A stretch of DNA of 64,000 nt, taken from the sequence record PQ850593.1. One strand, given 5' to 3'. Source of the DNA: Escherichia phage AidaStucki_Bas93. Both the position numbers and the translations under genes were made by a program. Under the pieces are notes generated by a model that did not search any database, was not told where the DNA came from, and saw only the letters and a list, made by a program, of their open reading frames with translations. Positions 1-9,505 of this stretch are shown here, piece by piece (the first letter of the stretch is position 1; each line of letters opens with the position of its first letter).

Positions 1-2
1 TT

Positions 3-326
3 CTGAAACGTGAGATTCCAAATTGGGATGAAAACTTATATCAAAACTTAATGCAATACGCAATTGACTTAGGTGCTACTGAAGAAGAAGTATTGAAGGA
101 AAACCGTCCGTCTATTTTCCTAGCCCTTCACAAAGCATACCAATTTGATAAAGGTAAGCAGCAGGTGATGGCTAAGATTAAACGTCCCGGTGCTCCACGC
201 AAGGTTGTGAAGTCTGATGCTGCAAAGTCTCGCACTTCCAATAAGCCAGACAACGCTAAGGTTGCCAAGGCATTCGCAGAGGGTCGCGTTAGTCACGAAG
301 ACGCATTCAAATTCCTCGTAGATTAA
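3..326 (+). CDS. putative scaffolding protein, C-terminal fragment (frame open to window start)
   Basis: No stop in frame from position 3; Lys/Ala-rich tail; sits directly upstream of the major capsid gene. Function is positional inference only. Confidence 0.35.
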   Translation: MKREIPNWDENLYQNLMQYAIDLGATEEEVLKENRPSIFLALHKAYQFDKGKQQVMAKIKRPGAPRKVVKSDAAKSRTSNKPDNAKVAKAFAEGRVSHEDAFKFLVD

Positions 327-367
327 TCGACAAATTAATTATTTAATAGTATAGGAGCTAACATAAC

Positions 368-1429
368 ATGGCTAATCCAACTTTATTTGTATCGTATGAC
401 CAGAATGGTAAAAAACTTTCTTTTGCTAACTGGATTTCTGTTCTGTCCCCTCAGGATACCCCGTTCGTATCTATGACCGGTAAAGAGTCTATCAACCAGA
501 CTATCTTTAGCTGGCAGACCGATGCACTGGCAAGCGTTGACGGTAATAACGCACACGTCGAAGGCTCTCGTGCTGAAGACGGCGAAATGAAACCGACTGT
601 TATCAAATCTAACGTTACTCAGATTCTGCGTAAGGTTGTTCGTGTTTCTGATACTGCTAACACCACCGCTAACTACGGTCGTGGTCGTGAACTGATGTAT
701 CAGCTGGAGAAGAAAGGTAAAGAGATCAAGCGTGACCTCGAGAAAATCCTTCTGTCCGGTCAGGCTCGTACCGATGTTCTGGCTGACCAATACCTGACTA
801 ACTCCGCAACTGATCCTGCAGCTGTTGGTCTGAACGACACCCACGCAGCTCGTAAGACTGGTGCTTTCCAGTTCCTGTGTGCACACAACGGTGTTTCTGC
901 TGGTGTTGTTAAGAAAGAAAATGGCCCTGCTGATCCGGATACTGGTGCAGTAACTGTTAAAGTTGCACAGAATGCTTCTAACCCGACCACTAACGTTGGT
1001 TTTGATGAAGCTGATATCTTTGATATGACTCTGCAACTGTACACTGCTGGTTCTGAAGCAGATATCATCATGATCAACCCTGCTCATGCTAAGATCTTCG
1101 CTGGTCTGCAAGAAAACACTCAGGGTTCACGTAAGCGTATCTTTGAGAACACCAAGCAGTTCATCTACGAAGTTAACAGCATCACTGACCCGCTGGGCCA
1201 GAACTACAAAATCATCGTTAACCGTTGGATGCCTACCGATGCAGTTTACTTCTTCCGTAGCGCTGACTGGACTCAGATGGTCCTGCGTGCTCCGAAACGT
1301 ACTGAACTGGCAAAAGATGGTTCTTATGAGAAGTGGATGATTGAAATGGAAGTTGGTCTGCGTCACCGCAACCCTTATGCTTCCGGAGTTCTGTTCACTG
1401 CTGCGGGAAAGTTGGATCCGCAACAGTAG
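368..1429 (+). CDS. major capsid protein
   Basis: 353-aa ORF with strong SD (taGGAGctaacataacATG); sequence has the look of HK97-fold podophage capsid proteins; followed by a frameshift extension and a strong terminator, as expected for a highly expressed capsid gene. Confidence 0.7.
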   Translation: MANPTLFVSYDQNGKKLSFANWISVLSPQDTPFVSMTGKESINQTIFSWQTDALASVDGNNAHVEGSRAEDGEMKPTVIKSNVTQILRKVVRVSDTANTTANYGRGRELMYQLEKKGKEIKRDLEKILLSGQARTDVLADQYLTNSATDPAAVGLNDTHAARKTGAFQFLCAHNGVSAGVVKKENGPADPDTGAVTVKVAQNASNPTTNVGFDEADIFDMTLQLYTAGSEADIIMINPAHAKIFAGLQENTQGSRKRIFENTKQFIYEVNSITDPLGQNYKIIVNRWMPTDAVYFFRSADWTQMVLRAPKRTELAKDGSYEKWMIEMEVGLRHRNPYASGVLFTAAGKLDPQQ

Positions 1430-1947
1430 ACAGTGTGACTGTTAGCCCTGCGTCTGTAGAAAGTCTAGAGACAGGGGCTACTCAGCAGTTTACTGCAAGC
1501 GCTGAGAAGAGTGACGGCTCTACCGAAACAACTGGCTTTACTTGGTCAGTAACAGGAGGCGGTTCTATCACTCAGTCTGGTTTGTATACTGCTCCGAGTG
1601 CGGCTCAATCCACTGATGTATCCATTACTGCGACTTTAGAGGGTGTTTCTGGTACAGCAACCATTTCTGAAATTGTTGATCCTGCCCCTACTATTGTAGC
1701 TAAGGGTCCAATTACAGGTAAAACTGGTGGTTCTTCCACTAACTTCACTACCATGTTTACTGTAACTAATTCTACTGCTGCGGATTACACGTTTGTTGTA
1801 ACCCCTGCAGAAGCTGGTACAGTAAGCGCTGCTGGTGCGTTAACCTTAGATGATGCTGCAAGTGGCGAAGTTACTGTTCAAGCAAGTTTGACAGCTGACC
1901 CGTCCATCAATGCAACATGCACTTTTACTGGTGTAACACCTGCTTAA
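1405..1947 (+). CDS. Ig-like (BIG2-type) C-terminal capsid extension, translated in -1 frame after slippage at G_GGA_AAG (1405-1411)
   Basis: The -1 frame is open from 1345 to 1947 and overlaps the last 28 codons of the capsid ORF; heptamer GGGAAAG lies in the XXXYYYZ register of the capsid frame; product is Thr/Ser/Gly-rich with an Ig-like pattern (TQQFTASA...TWSVTGGGSIT). Confidence 0.5.
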   Translation, partial: GKVGSATVDSVTVSPASVESLETGATQQFTASAEKSDGSTETTGFTWSVTGGGSITQSGLYTAPSAAQSTDVSITATLEGVSGTATISEIVDPAPTIVAKGPITGKTGGSSTNFTTMFTVTNSTAADYTFVVTPAEAGTVSAAGALTLDDAASGEVTVQASLTADPSINATCTFTGVTPA

Positions 1948-1954
1948 AACTAGA

Positions 1955-1978
1955 CCCTGCCTTCGGGCGGGGTTTTTT
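1955..1978 (+). terminator. rho-independent terminator after capsid gene
   Basis: Hairpin CCCTGCC-TTCG-GGCGGGG followed by TTTTTT. Confidence 0.7.
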
Positions 1979-2048
1979 CGTTTTAAGACCTATACAAGCC
2001 AGCGTGTAATGTATATTCTTTGTCTACATATAACAAGGAGGACAACCT

Positions 2049-2801
2049 ATGGCAATGCCAGATGTTCAATACCCCATCAATACCTATGGGTGGCTAAAGA
2101 AGGCCGTGGCCCTCTGGGCAGATAGGGACGATGACGAATTTGTTAATCAAATTCCAAACTTTATTAACTTTGCAGAGAAAGAGATTTATCGTAACTTACG
2201 TATCCCTCCTCTGGAAAAAGAAGTGTACTTAGATATTAAAGATGGAGTAGCTTACATTCCTCCTGATTACTTAGAAGCTCAATGGATGATGAGAGCCAAA
2301 GATGGTACAATCTTCCAAGTAACATCTCCTGAAGAGATTAGCTATCGTAGACAGCATGGAACAATTAACCCATCTCATTGGAATAACCAACCTGTTAACT
2401 TTGCTCGTTTCGGTAGTCGTTTCATTTTCTACCCTAGCATCGAAGCAGACACTCCGTACTATCCTGATGATGGAAGTCCTTTGATTCCAGCAGAAAACTC
2501 AGTAATTCTTAGTTATTATGCAGACCCACCGGAATTTCATGAAGATACAGATACCAGTGCTATCCTTACTATTGCACCAGAACTTCTTCTGTATTTCACT
2601 CTACGTCATGCTTGCTTGTTTGTTCAAGATGATAATGGAGTTCAGAAATGGTCAGCATTAGGGAAAGCTATCCTTGATGAAATGGTAGAACAGAATAAGA
2701 AACAAGAGTACTCAGGTTCACCTATCGCAATTCCGAATAACATGACTCGACTTCAGAGCAGCTTGCCTGATATTTATGGTATTCGTACTTCTCGTGTATA
2801 A
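2049..2801 (+). CDS. hypothetical virion protein
   Basis: 250-aa ORF in the structural block with SD (AAGGAGGacaacctATG); no recognisable motif. Confidence 0.5.
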   Translation: MAMPDVQYPINTYGWLKKAVALWADRDDDEFVNQIPNFINFAEKEIYRNLRIPPLEKEVYLDIKDGVAYIPPDYLEAQWMMRAKDGTIFQVTSPEEISYRRQHGTINPSHWNNQPVNFARFGSRFIFYPSIEADTPYYPDDGSPLIPAENSVILSYYADPPEFHEDTDTSAILTIAPELLLYFTLRHACLFVQDDNGVQKWSALGKAILDEMVEQNKKQEYSGSPIAIPNNMTRLQSSLPDIYGIRTSRV

Positions 2802-2810
2802 GGAGATAAT

Positions 2811-5369
2811 ATGATCGTTTATAATAACCAAGCACCTGATGCAGTGAATAACGTTGGGCAGTTTGGTGCTACTGAAGGCTCTATCGGAGCTTACAAGCAA
2901 GCGGCAGAATATGCAGCTGATTCTAAGTATTGGTCACTGTTGGCAGAGGCTAAGTTTGGTACAGTTGATGACTTGATTGCTCAGGTTGAGATTCTATACA
3001 AACAAGGTGTTCTATTAAGAGAAGATATTGAAGACTTAAAACAAGACTTCATTGCACAAGATGCTCGTTTGATGAACCTCATTGCTCAAACTAACGCAGC
3101 TGTAGCTGATGCAAATAATGCAGTTGCTCTGATTAATCAGAAACTTGTAGAAGTTCAGAATCAACTCGACGTTCTGTTGGGAATGTCTGTTGACGTAACT
3201 ACACTTCCTCCGGGAACTCCGGCTACTGGCTCTTTTAATCCGAACACTGGTGTAATCTCTCTGGGTATCCCAGAAGGTGATCCCGGAAAGGATGGTTCTG
3301 TTACTGACCTATCTGCTGCTCCTACCGGTACACCGGAGCTGGGGGACATCGGTTTCTATGTTGACAAAGATGATAACATTGTTCACAAAACAACTCTCGA
3401 AGATATTGCAAACCTGATCCCATCTGTTCGTTCTGTTTCAGTTAACGATGGCCCTGCGCTTGATGGTGAAGTTGCTCTTACACTCAACAAAGAGACGGTA
3501 GGTCTTGGGAACGTTTTGAACGTGGCTCAGTACAGCCGCCAAGAGATTAATGATAAGTTTGACAAAACAACTAAAACCTACCAATCGAAAGCCGAAGCTG
3601 ATGCGGATGCTCAATACCGACAGGTAGGAGAAAAGGTTTTGGTGTGGGACTCAACGAAGTATGAATTCTATACTGTTGCAGCGAATAAAACCCTTACTCC
3701 GGTTAAAACAGAAGGTCGTATCCTAACTGTTAACTCCCGTGCTCCTGATTCAACTGGTAACATCGATATCGTAATCCCAACAGGAAACCCATCTTTGTAT
3801 TTAGGGGAGATGGTAATGTTCCCTTATGACCCAGCTAAAGCTGTCTCCTATCCGGGCATTCTTCCTGCGGACGGTCGTTTGGTGTCAAAAGAATCTGCTT
3901 TGGATTTAGGCCCATCCCTTATCAGTGGACAACTCCCTGTTGTTTCTGAAACAGAGTGGCAAGCTGGTGCTAAGCAGTATTTCTCTTGGGGTAAATTAGC
4001 CGATGGCATCACTGATGCAGATTCTACTAACTATATCAATATCCGTCTTCCTGATTGGACAGGCGGTGAGGCTATTCGATCCCCTGATTCTGTAAAAGAT
4101 AGTGCATATAAAGGTAATGTTCAAAGTCAGGTCCCTTATGTAGTCACTGTAAATAACCAAGCTCCTGATGAGATTACAGGTAACGTCAATATCTCCAGAT
4201 CTATCTTAGGTGCTGCTGCTGCTGGTGCAAACTCTGATATAACATCTCTCGCAGGGCTTACAACAGCGCTTTCTGTCACTCAGGGTGGAACAGGTGCAAA
4301 GAATTCCAATGATGCTAAGGTAAATTTAGATTTAGACAGAATAGAGCAAGGTTCTGGAGAGACTAAGATCCTATCTCCAAATAAAGAAACCTACATGTTT
4401 GTTGATAATGACGGGTGGGGTTGTTACCGTACCACGGCTGGGTTGGTCGGTACTGTAGCTTTGTCAGTTGAGAGAGGGGGCACTGGAGCAACAGATGTTG
4501 CTAGTGCAAGAGATAATCTAGGACTTAAATCTCTTTCTACATTAGATATTGTTCCAGTAACAAAAGGTGGTACAGGTGCTAGTGATGCTGCCGGTGCAAG
4601 GTTTAATTTGGGGTTGGGAAATGTTTCTACTCTGGACAACGTACCAATCGCTAGTGGTGGTACAGGTGCTAGTGATGCTGCCGGTGCCCGAAGCAACCTC
4701 GGAGCGCTGAGTAACACTCCAGCAAACACAGGTGCAGGTAATACTGGTGCGCGAGTCCAACATGCCACCGGAAGAGGTCTGTTTACTTTAGACATGTTTA
4801 ACTGCTACTGGTATATGCAGCCAGAGGATACTAACTTCTGGGTTGCCCACGGTGTGTCATATGCAGGGCCTAATGGCGAAGCCTCAGAGTATGGTCGTAT
4901 ATCTTACGCAATAAAGATTGCAGATGGAACAACAAAATATGTCCATTGTCTTACAAACAAAAACACCATCATTGATACAGGCGGATTTATCAAAGCGGCA
5001 TCTCCGGTAGTTAACATTTATGCCAACGGTCGGTATGAAACGAACGATGAGTCTGAGGGGGTTAGTGTCATCCGGCAGGGTATTGGTGAATATCTGATTA
5101 CCGGTTGCCTCGGTCTTAACTCTGATGCAAGATGGGGTGGGGTGGATGGGGGGTTTGAAATCCCAACAGATCGCAACAAGCAACCTAGGATTTGGCTGGA
5201 CTATGAGGTTAAAGAAGATGGTTCTATTTTAGTTAAAACCTATCACAGAACTCACCCAACCTCTCCAGTTTTTGCTAGAAACGAGATAGAAGGTTTTTCT
5301 GATGGGGACCCTATTGATATTCCAAGTGATGCTTTTATCTCAGTTCGTGTAGAGATGCCAGCTGAGTAA
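2811..5369 (+). CDS. tail fibre protein with collagen-like GGTGA repeats
   Basis: 852 aa; repeated GGTGA(S/T)DAAGAR.NLGL motifs typical of phage fibre proteins; N-terminal coiled-coil region. Confidence 0.65.
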   Translation: MIVYNNQAPDAVNNVGQFGATEGSIGAYKQAAEYAADSKYWSLLAEAKFGTVDDLIAQVEILYKQGVLLREDIEDLKQDFIAQDARLMNLIAQTNAAVADANNAVALINQKLVEVQNQLDVLLGMSVDVTTLPPGTPATGSFNPNTGVISLGIPEGDPGKDGSVTDLSAAPTGTPELGDIGFYVDKDDNIVHKTTLEDIANLIPSVRSVSVNDGPALDGEVALTLNKETVGLGNVLNVAQYSRQEINDKFDKTTKTYQSKAEADADAQYRQVGEKVLVWDSTKYEFYTVAANKTLTPVKTEGRILTVNSRAPDSTGNIDIVIPTGNPSLYLGEMVMFPYDPAKAVSYPGILPADGRLVSKESALDLGPSLISGQLPVVSETEWQAGAKQYFSWGKLADGITDADSTNYINIRLPDWTGGEAIRSPDSVKDSAYKGNVQSQVPYVVTVNNQAPDEITGNVNISRSILGAAAAGANSDITSLAGLTTALSVTQGGTGAKNSNDAKVNLDLDRIEQGSGETKILSPNKETYMFVDNDGWGCYRTTAGLVGTVALSVERGGTGATDVASARDNLGLKSLSTLDIVPVTKGGTGASDAAGARFNLGLGNVSTLDNVPIASGGTGASDAAGARSNLGALSNTPANTGAGNTGARVQHATGRGLFTLDMFNCYWYMQPEDTNFWVAHGVSYAGPNGEASEYGRISYAIKIADGTTKYVHCLTNKNTIIDTGGFIKAASPVVNIYANGRYETNDESEGVSVIRQGIGEYLITGCLGLNSDARWGGVDGGFEIPTDRNKQPRIWLDYEVKEDGSILVKTYHRTHPTSPVFARNEIEGFSDGDPIDIPSDAFISVRVEMPAE
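4566..4684 (+). repeat. perfect 32-bp direct repeat inside the tail fibre gene
   Basis: ggtggtacaggtgctagtgatgctgccggtgc occurs at 4566-4597 and 4653-4684, encoding the repeated GGTGASDAAGA peptide. Confidence 0.6.
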
Positions 5370-5378
5370 ATAAAACAT

Positions 5379-5399
5379 GCTCCCTTCGGGGAGCTTTAT
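5379..5399 (+). terminator. possible weak terminator after tail fibre gene
   Basis: Hairpin GCTCCC-TTCG-GGGAGC followed by TTTAT; the T-run is weak. Confidence 0.35.
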
Positions 5400-5411
5400 G
5401 GAGGATTATAA

Positions 5412-7289
5412 ATGTCTAGAGAATTAATGCCCAAATCTGGGATAATGATGCCTCATGTGGTAGTTACTAGAGATGCCGCAGTTGTGGGTGTGTCTACAGT
5501 TGATGGCGTGGCAGGTGCTGTTAATTTAACAGATAAATATCTACAAAAGTCTGATGCTGAAGCAACATATCAAACGAAAGCAGAAGGGGCTACTAAGCAA
5601 TATGTAACCGATGCTATTAACCCTATTATGACAAATGCTCTGTTTAAAGATGACCCTTTTGTCAATAATGATACACCTATCCGCTCTGGTGGCGGTAATG
5701 GTGTTGAATCAGTGGATATGATTAAAGTTACCCCCGAGAACTCTATCAAACTAGGGAGTTATGCTTCTTCTGTTCAGGGGGTTGAGATTCACTCTGCTGG
5801 TCGTGTTCAGGTTGTTGATCAGAATGATGGTGGAGTAGAAACTAAGTATCCTATCTATTCTAAAAGGTATCGTCCTGAGATTGAGGATTTGCCTTTCGCT
5901 GCAATTGGTTCTTATGTCAAGGATTCTCAAGGTCGTACTGTTGGTGTTACTCGTACAGGGATTAACTCTGATATCAAACAGCTTACTCAGAAGGTGACTT
6001 TCACTCAACCAGTTACTGTTCCTGATGCAGTTGGAGATTATGATGCAGTTACTTTGAGACAGCTTCGTAACAGTGGTGGTGGCTCTGGCGGTCCTACCAT
6101 GAGCGGTATTTCTAACTTTGGTATTGGTGATTTTCATTTACGTGACAGCCGTGCTTTCATTCCCGCTTTTGAAGTAACCTCTGATGGACAGCTTCTCAGT
6201 CGTTCAGAGTATCCAGACCTTTGGGCTTATGCTCAACTGTTGACACCTATCTCGGATGCTGATTGGTTGGCTGATCCTCAGAAACGTGGTAAATACTCAA
6301 CAGGTGATGGTTCTACTACTTTCCGTGTCCCTGACCGAAATGGTGTCCAATCAGGTTCAATTAAAGAGTTGTTTGGGAGAGGGGACGGAGGATCTTCCTC
6401 TAACAATGGTACAATCTACGAAGCAGCAGCGCCAGACATTGGAGGGGCAGCAGCTGGCGTATCTCAAGGTACTTATGCGCAAATTTTTGGTACAGCATCA
6501 AGAGGTGCGTTTTTCGCAGATAACGGTTTATATCCACAAGGTCAAGGTGAAACTATTCCGGGCGGAGCTGGTGCTACAGAAGGTCGTCAGAATACTCTGA
6601 ATTTCCTAGCAAGTAGATCTAATGCTACTTATGGGAGATACGGTGTTTCAGATAACATCCTCCCTCGTAACTTTATTGGTGTTTGGACTATCCGTGCGCA
6701 TGGTGGTTTTACGGCAGCTAACACTTCTTGGTCTGTGATTAATAGTGGCACTACTGTACCTCCACCTAACGCGGTTGTTTACGGCGGTCAAGTTTCCAGT
6801 GAGTACAGAGTCAACGGTGCACTACGTGTAGGCTCAAGCATCATGACGCGCTATACGGAAAATGGAGAAATTATCCCGATTGTTCGTGTTACTGATAACC
6901 GTACAGGTACGTCATCGTCTTATGACAGACCACTCCGTGATGCTTATCAGGTTACCAATACTGGAACAGGGGGTCGGTCACTTAACATCGTTAAAAACAA
7001 TACTCGCGGTTGGCAAACTATATCGTGCCGTTTTCCTGTAACATGCCCTCCTAACTCAGCTACAAACTGGAACTGGAATTTTGTAAGCGAAGGAGCAACA
7101 CCATTCGTCAACTATCCTGGGATATCGGCTAATGGGGAAAGTAGTAACTCTGCGGACTGGTTGGTTCAGGTGGAAGGTATTACAGGTAGTCAGTGTGCAG
7201 GCTTTATTCACAACAAATCATCAGCAACTTTGGTAGTATGGGTGATGTTAATCGCACACGGCATAATTGCCTCAACCTGGGAGGGATAA
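5412..7289 (+). CDS. tail fibre / tailspike-like protein
   Basis: 625-aa ORF in the structural block; Gly/Ser/Thr-rich; N-terminal region resembles fibre attachment domains; no catalytic motif recognised. Confidence 0.55.
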   Translation: MSRELMPKSGIMMPHVVVTRDAAVVGVSTVDGVAGAVNLTDKYLQKSDAEATYQTKAEGATKQYVTDAINPIMTNALFKDDPFVNNDTPIRSGGGNGVESVDMIKVTPENSIKLGSYASSVQGVEIHSAGRVQVVDQNDGGVETKYPIYSKRYRPEIEDLPFAAIGSYVKDSQGRTVGVTRTGINSDIKQLTQKVTFTQPVTVPDAVGDYDAVTLRQLRNSGGGSGGPTMSGISNFGIGDFHLRDSRAFIPAFEVTSDGQLLSRSEYPDLWAYAQLLTPISDADWLADPQKRGKYSTGDGSTTFRVPDRNGVQSGSIKELFGRGDGGSSSNNGTIYEAAAPDIGGAAAGVSQGTYAQIFGTASRGAFFADNGLYPQGQGETIPGGAGATEGRQNTLNFLASRSNATYGRYGVSDNILPRNFIGVWTIRAHGGFTAANTSWSVINSGTTVPPPNAVVYGGQVSSEYRVNGALRVGSSIMTRYTENGEIIPIVRVTDNRTGTSSSYDRPLRDAYQVTNTGTGGRSLNIVKNNTRGWQTISCRFPVTCPPNSATNWNWNFVSEGATPFVNYPGISANGESSNSADWLVQVEGITGSQCAGFIHNKSSATLVVWVMLIAHGIIASTWEG

Positions 7290-7290
7290 T

Positions 7291-7500
7291 ATGGTCACTA
7301 CAAATGTTAATTACGCTAAGACGGCTGAAATGAGACTTGCAACATGTGTAACTAAAATACAGGAATGCACAGCAATGGCGAGTTTCGTTGATGAATATAA
7401 GGACAAACTGGTCGAGTGGCAGAACTACTACATTGCTGCAAAACCTTTGAGTGATGCAGGAAAGTTTGAAGAGCTTTTCAACATCCCACTTCCCGACTAG
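7291..7500 (+). CDS. hypothetical protein
   Basis: ATG at 7291 with SD GGGAGGGA, one nt after the stop of the upstream gene; 69 aa. Track ORF begins at an upstream alternative start at 7267. Confidence 0.4.
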   Translation: MVTTNVNYAKTAEMRLATCVTKIQECTAMASFVDEYKDKLVEWQNYYIAAKPLSDAGKFEELFNIPLPD

Positions 7501-7556
7501 TCTGGCAAGTAATCTACAGTCCTGCTATGATGCTCTGATTAACGGAGGATGAAATC

Positions 7557-7715
7557 ATGGCAGGACGTCAAGTTACCTACACAACCCGTAGCTTAGGCGA
7601 GATTGTGAATCGCCTTGATCCTAAACGTTTAACGGAACCCAAAATAGTTTATATTCTGGATAACAGGAAGAGGGTCAAGAAGATTCTAATCTTTCTGATC
7701 CACGACTTTCGCTGA
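7557..7715 (+). CDS. small hypothetical protein (52 aa)
   Basis: ATG preceded by GGAGGAtgaaatc; below the 60-aa cut-off of the ORF track. Confidence 0.3.
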   Translation: MAGRQVTYTTRSLGEIVNRLDPKRLTEPKIVYILDNRKRVKKILIFLIHDFR

Positions 7716-7940
7716 ACAAAGGACTGGTGACCCCGGTTTAATCACAAACTGGAGGTGGTTTTAATAAGGGACTTGAACACTAATGGAGGTGTTAATATTT
7801 TTGTTAAAATTGCATCATCTATAGCAGAACTTAAGTCTGATAAATAGTCTACTGCCCCTTCGGGGGCTTTAGTAGTAAGTATGTTCAAGAGGTAATGAAA
7901 CTACTATATCACAAAAGGAATACACATAGGAGATACGAAG

Positions 7941-8159
7941 ATGAAAATGATGAAACAAATCAGTTATGGGCTAGCTTGCGTTGCTACCGGTTTTGTTGTG
8001 TCAGTGGCTGTTCCTGTTAACGCAGTGCATCCTCTGATAACACAGCCTGCACCAGTTGAGAAGTTAAGTGCATCTTGTAAGCAGCGTACAATTCAGAATA
8101 ATCTTGTGGTTATTTGTCCGGACTCTGATTCTAGTGCTCTGAGAAACATGCTTCAGTAA
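7941..8159 (+). CDS. small secreted or membrane-anchored protein, possibly lysis-associated
   Basis: 72 aa; N-terminal hydrophobic signal-like segment (MKMMKQISYGLACVATGFVVSVAVPVNA); directly upstream of the endolysin gene. Confidence 0.4.
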   Translation: MKMMKQISYGLACVATGFVVSVAVPVNAVHPLITQPAPVEKLSASCKQRTIQNNLVVICPDSDSSALRNMLQ

Positions 8160-8188
8160 TTTAGAGCTAACTGGAAGGGAGGTGAAAA

Positions 8189-8680
8189 ATGGATAATGTC
8201 GCATTGCCACCGATACAGCTGAGCTTAAGCCCAGACGGGATGGAATTCATCATGAAGCATGAAGGTATGAGAACTCGTGCTTACAAAGATTCCGCAGGTA
8301 TCTGGACGATATGTGTTGGGGCTACGCGCGATATGAATGGGTATCCAGTTAGACAGGGATTAACGTATTCTATAGAGGATTGTCTAGCTCTGCTAGATAG
8401 AGACACACAAGACTCTGTTCGTGCCACTCAGAAAAATATTAGGGTTCCTTTGTTAACCCACGAGTTTGATGCTCTCACCTCTTTCAACTTCAACGTTGGT
8501 GGTGAGGCTTTATCAACTTCTAAACTTAGGAAAGTTATTAACGGAGATGTGAAGGGTGATGTTTATTCCGAATTTCTTCGTTGGGATAAAATAACGGTAA
8601 GGGGAGAGAAGCAGAGAAGTCAGGGTCTTCATAACAGAAGGGTTGCAGAAGCTGATCTTTACACCGAAGGTAAATATTAA
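8189..8680 (+). CDS. endolysin, GH24 lysozyme (T4/lambda lysozyme family)
   Basis: Catalytic motif EG..TRAYKDSAGIWTICVGATRD (E-x8-D-x5-T pattern of GH24 lysozymes); 163 aa. Confidence 0.8.
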   Translation: MDNVALPPIQLSLSPDGMEFIMKHEGMRTRAYKDSAGIWTICVGATRDMNGYPVRQGLTYSIEDCLALLDRDTQDSVRATQKNIRVPLLTHEFDALTSFNFNVGGEALSTSKLRKVINGDVKGDVYSEFLRWDKITVRGEKQRSQGLHNRRVAEADLYTEGKY

Positions 8681-8692
8681 TGGAGGTGCCTT

Positions 8693-9496
8693 TTGGCTAT
8701 CGAAACTAATGCGGTAGTTGTTACCGATTTAAACCCGCTCTATCCTAGAGACAGGGATTACATCTACGAAGGGGCGGCTCAAATCCGCCTCATTAAACAA
8801 ACATTACAGAACACATTCCCAAATGTTACAGAGCCAGTTCAGTTGGACTCAGATTCTCTCAATATTCTGGCTAGCAAAGTTACCTTTACTGGTGACTCTA
8901 TGGATGTTGGTGGGTTGATGATCAAGAATGCCACTCCGGGTACAGGTGATAGCGATGTTGTCACTAAAGGCCAGATGGAAGCTTTCATGCAGAACTGGAT
9001 GGCTAATAAGCTTTACAGGATTGGCTCTTACTATATCACTGAAGAAGATATTAACCCCGGTGATAGTTCTTCTCTTGGTTTTGGCTCTTGGACTAAAGTG
9101 ACTGGTGTTATTATGGGTACTGGTGTAGTAAACCCTGATGGCTCTGTTCCTAATGCTCAGAGGGTTGAATTCCAAGCAGGTGGTACTGGTGGTCGTGTAT
9201 TCAATACCATTCGTACAGAGAACGTACCTTTGATGACAGTTAATGGCTCCAGCTTCTCTTTATCCAGCAACACCCACAGTCACAACATGGTATTTGGTCG
9301 TGGAGATGCTAGTGGTCATAACAGCTCACCTAACTGGTATAGTCCGGGTGGTGGTTACAGTCAGAGAACTGATAATGACACTCACACTCATACAATCTCT
9401 GGTAGTGTAAGTCTTGGTCGTGATGATATCTCTCGTCAACCTATTAACACTTTGCCACCATTCAGAGCGGCTCACATTTGGAGACGTATTAGTTAA
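8693..9496 (+). CDS. tail fibre-like structural protein
   Basis: 267-aa Gly/Ser/Thr-rich ORF in the structural block. Confidence 0.45.
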   Translation: MAIETNAVVVTDLNPLYPRDRDYIYEGAAQIRLIKQTLQNTFPNVTEPVQLDSDSLNILASKVTFTGDSMDVGGLMIKNATPGTGDSDVVTKGQMEAFMQNWMANKLYRIGSYYITEEDINPGDSSSLGFGSWTKVTGVIMGTGVVNPDGSVPNAQRVEFQAGGTGGRVFNTIRTENVPLMTVNGSSFSLSSNTHSHNMVFGRGDASGHNSSPNWYSPGGGYSQRTDNDTHTHTISGSVSLGRDDISRQPINTLPPFRAAHIWRRIS

Positions 9497-9505
9497 GGAG
9501 GAATT

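Noticed and set aside
383-1111. 242-aa antisense ORF inside the major capsid gene (and similar antisense ORFs listed in the track)
   Set aside because: They overlap well-supported genes on the opposite strand, have low-complexity Ser/Thr/Val-rich translations and no SD; treated as frame artefacts.
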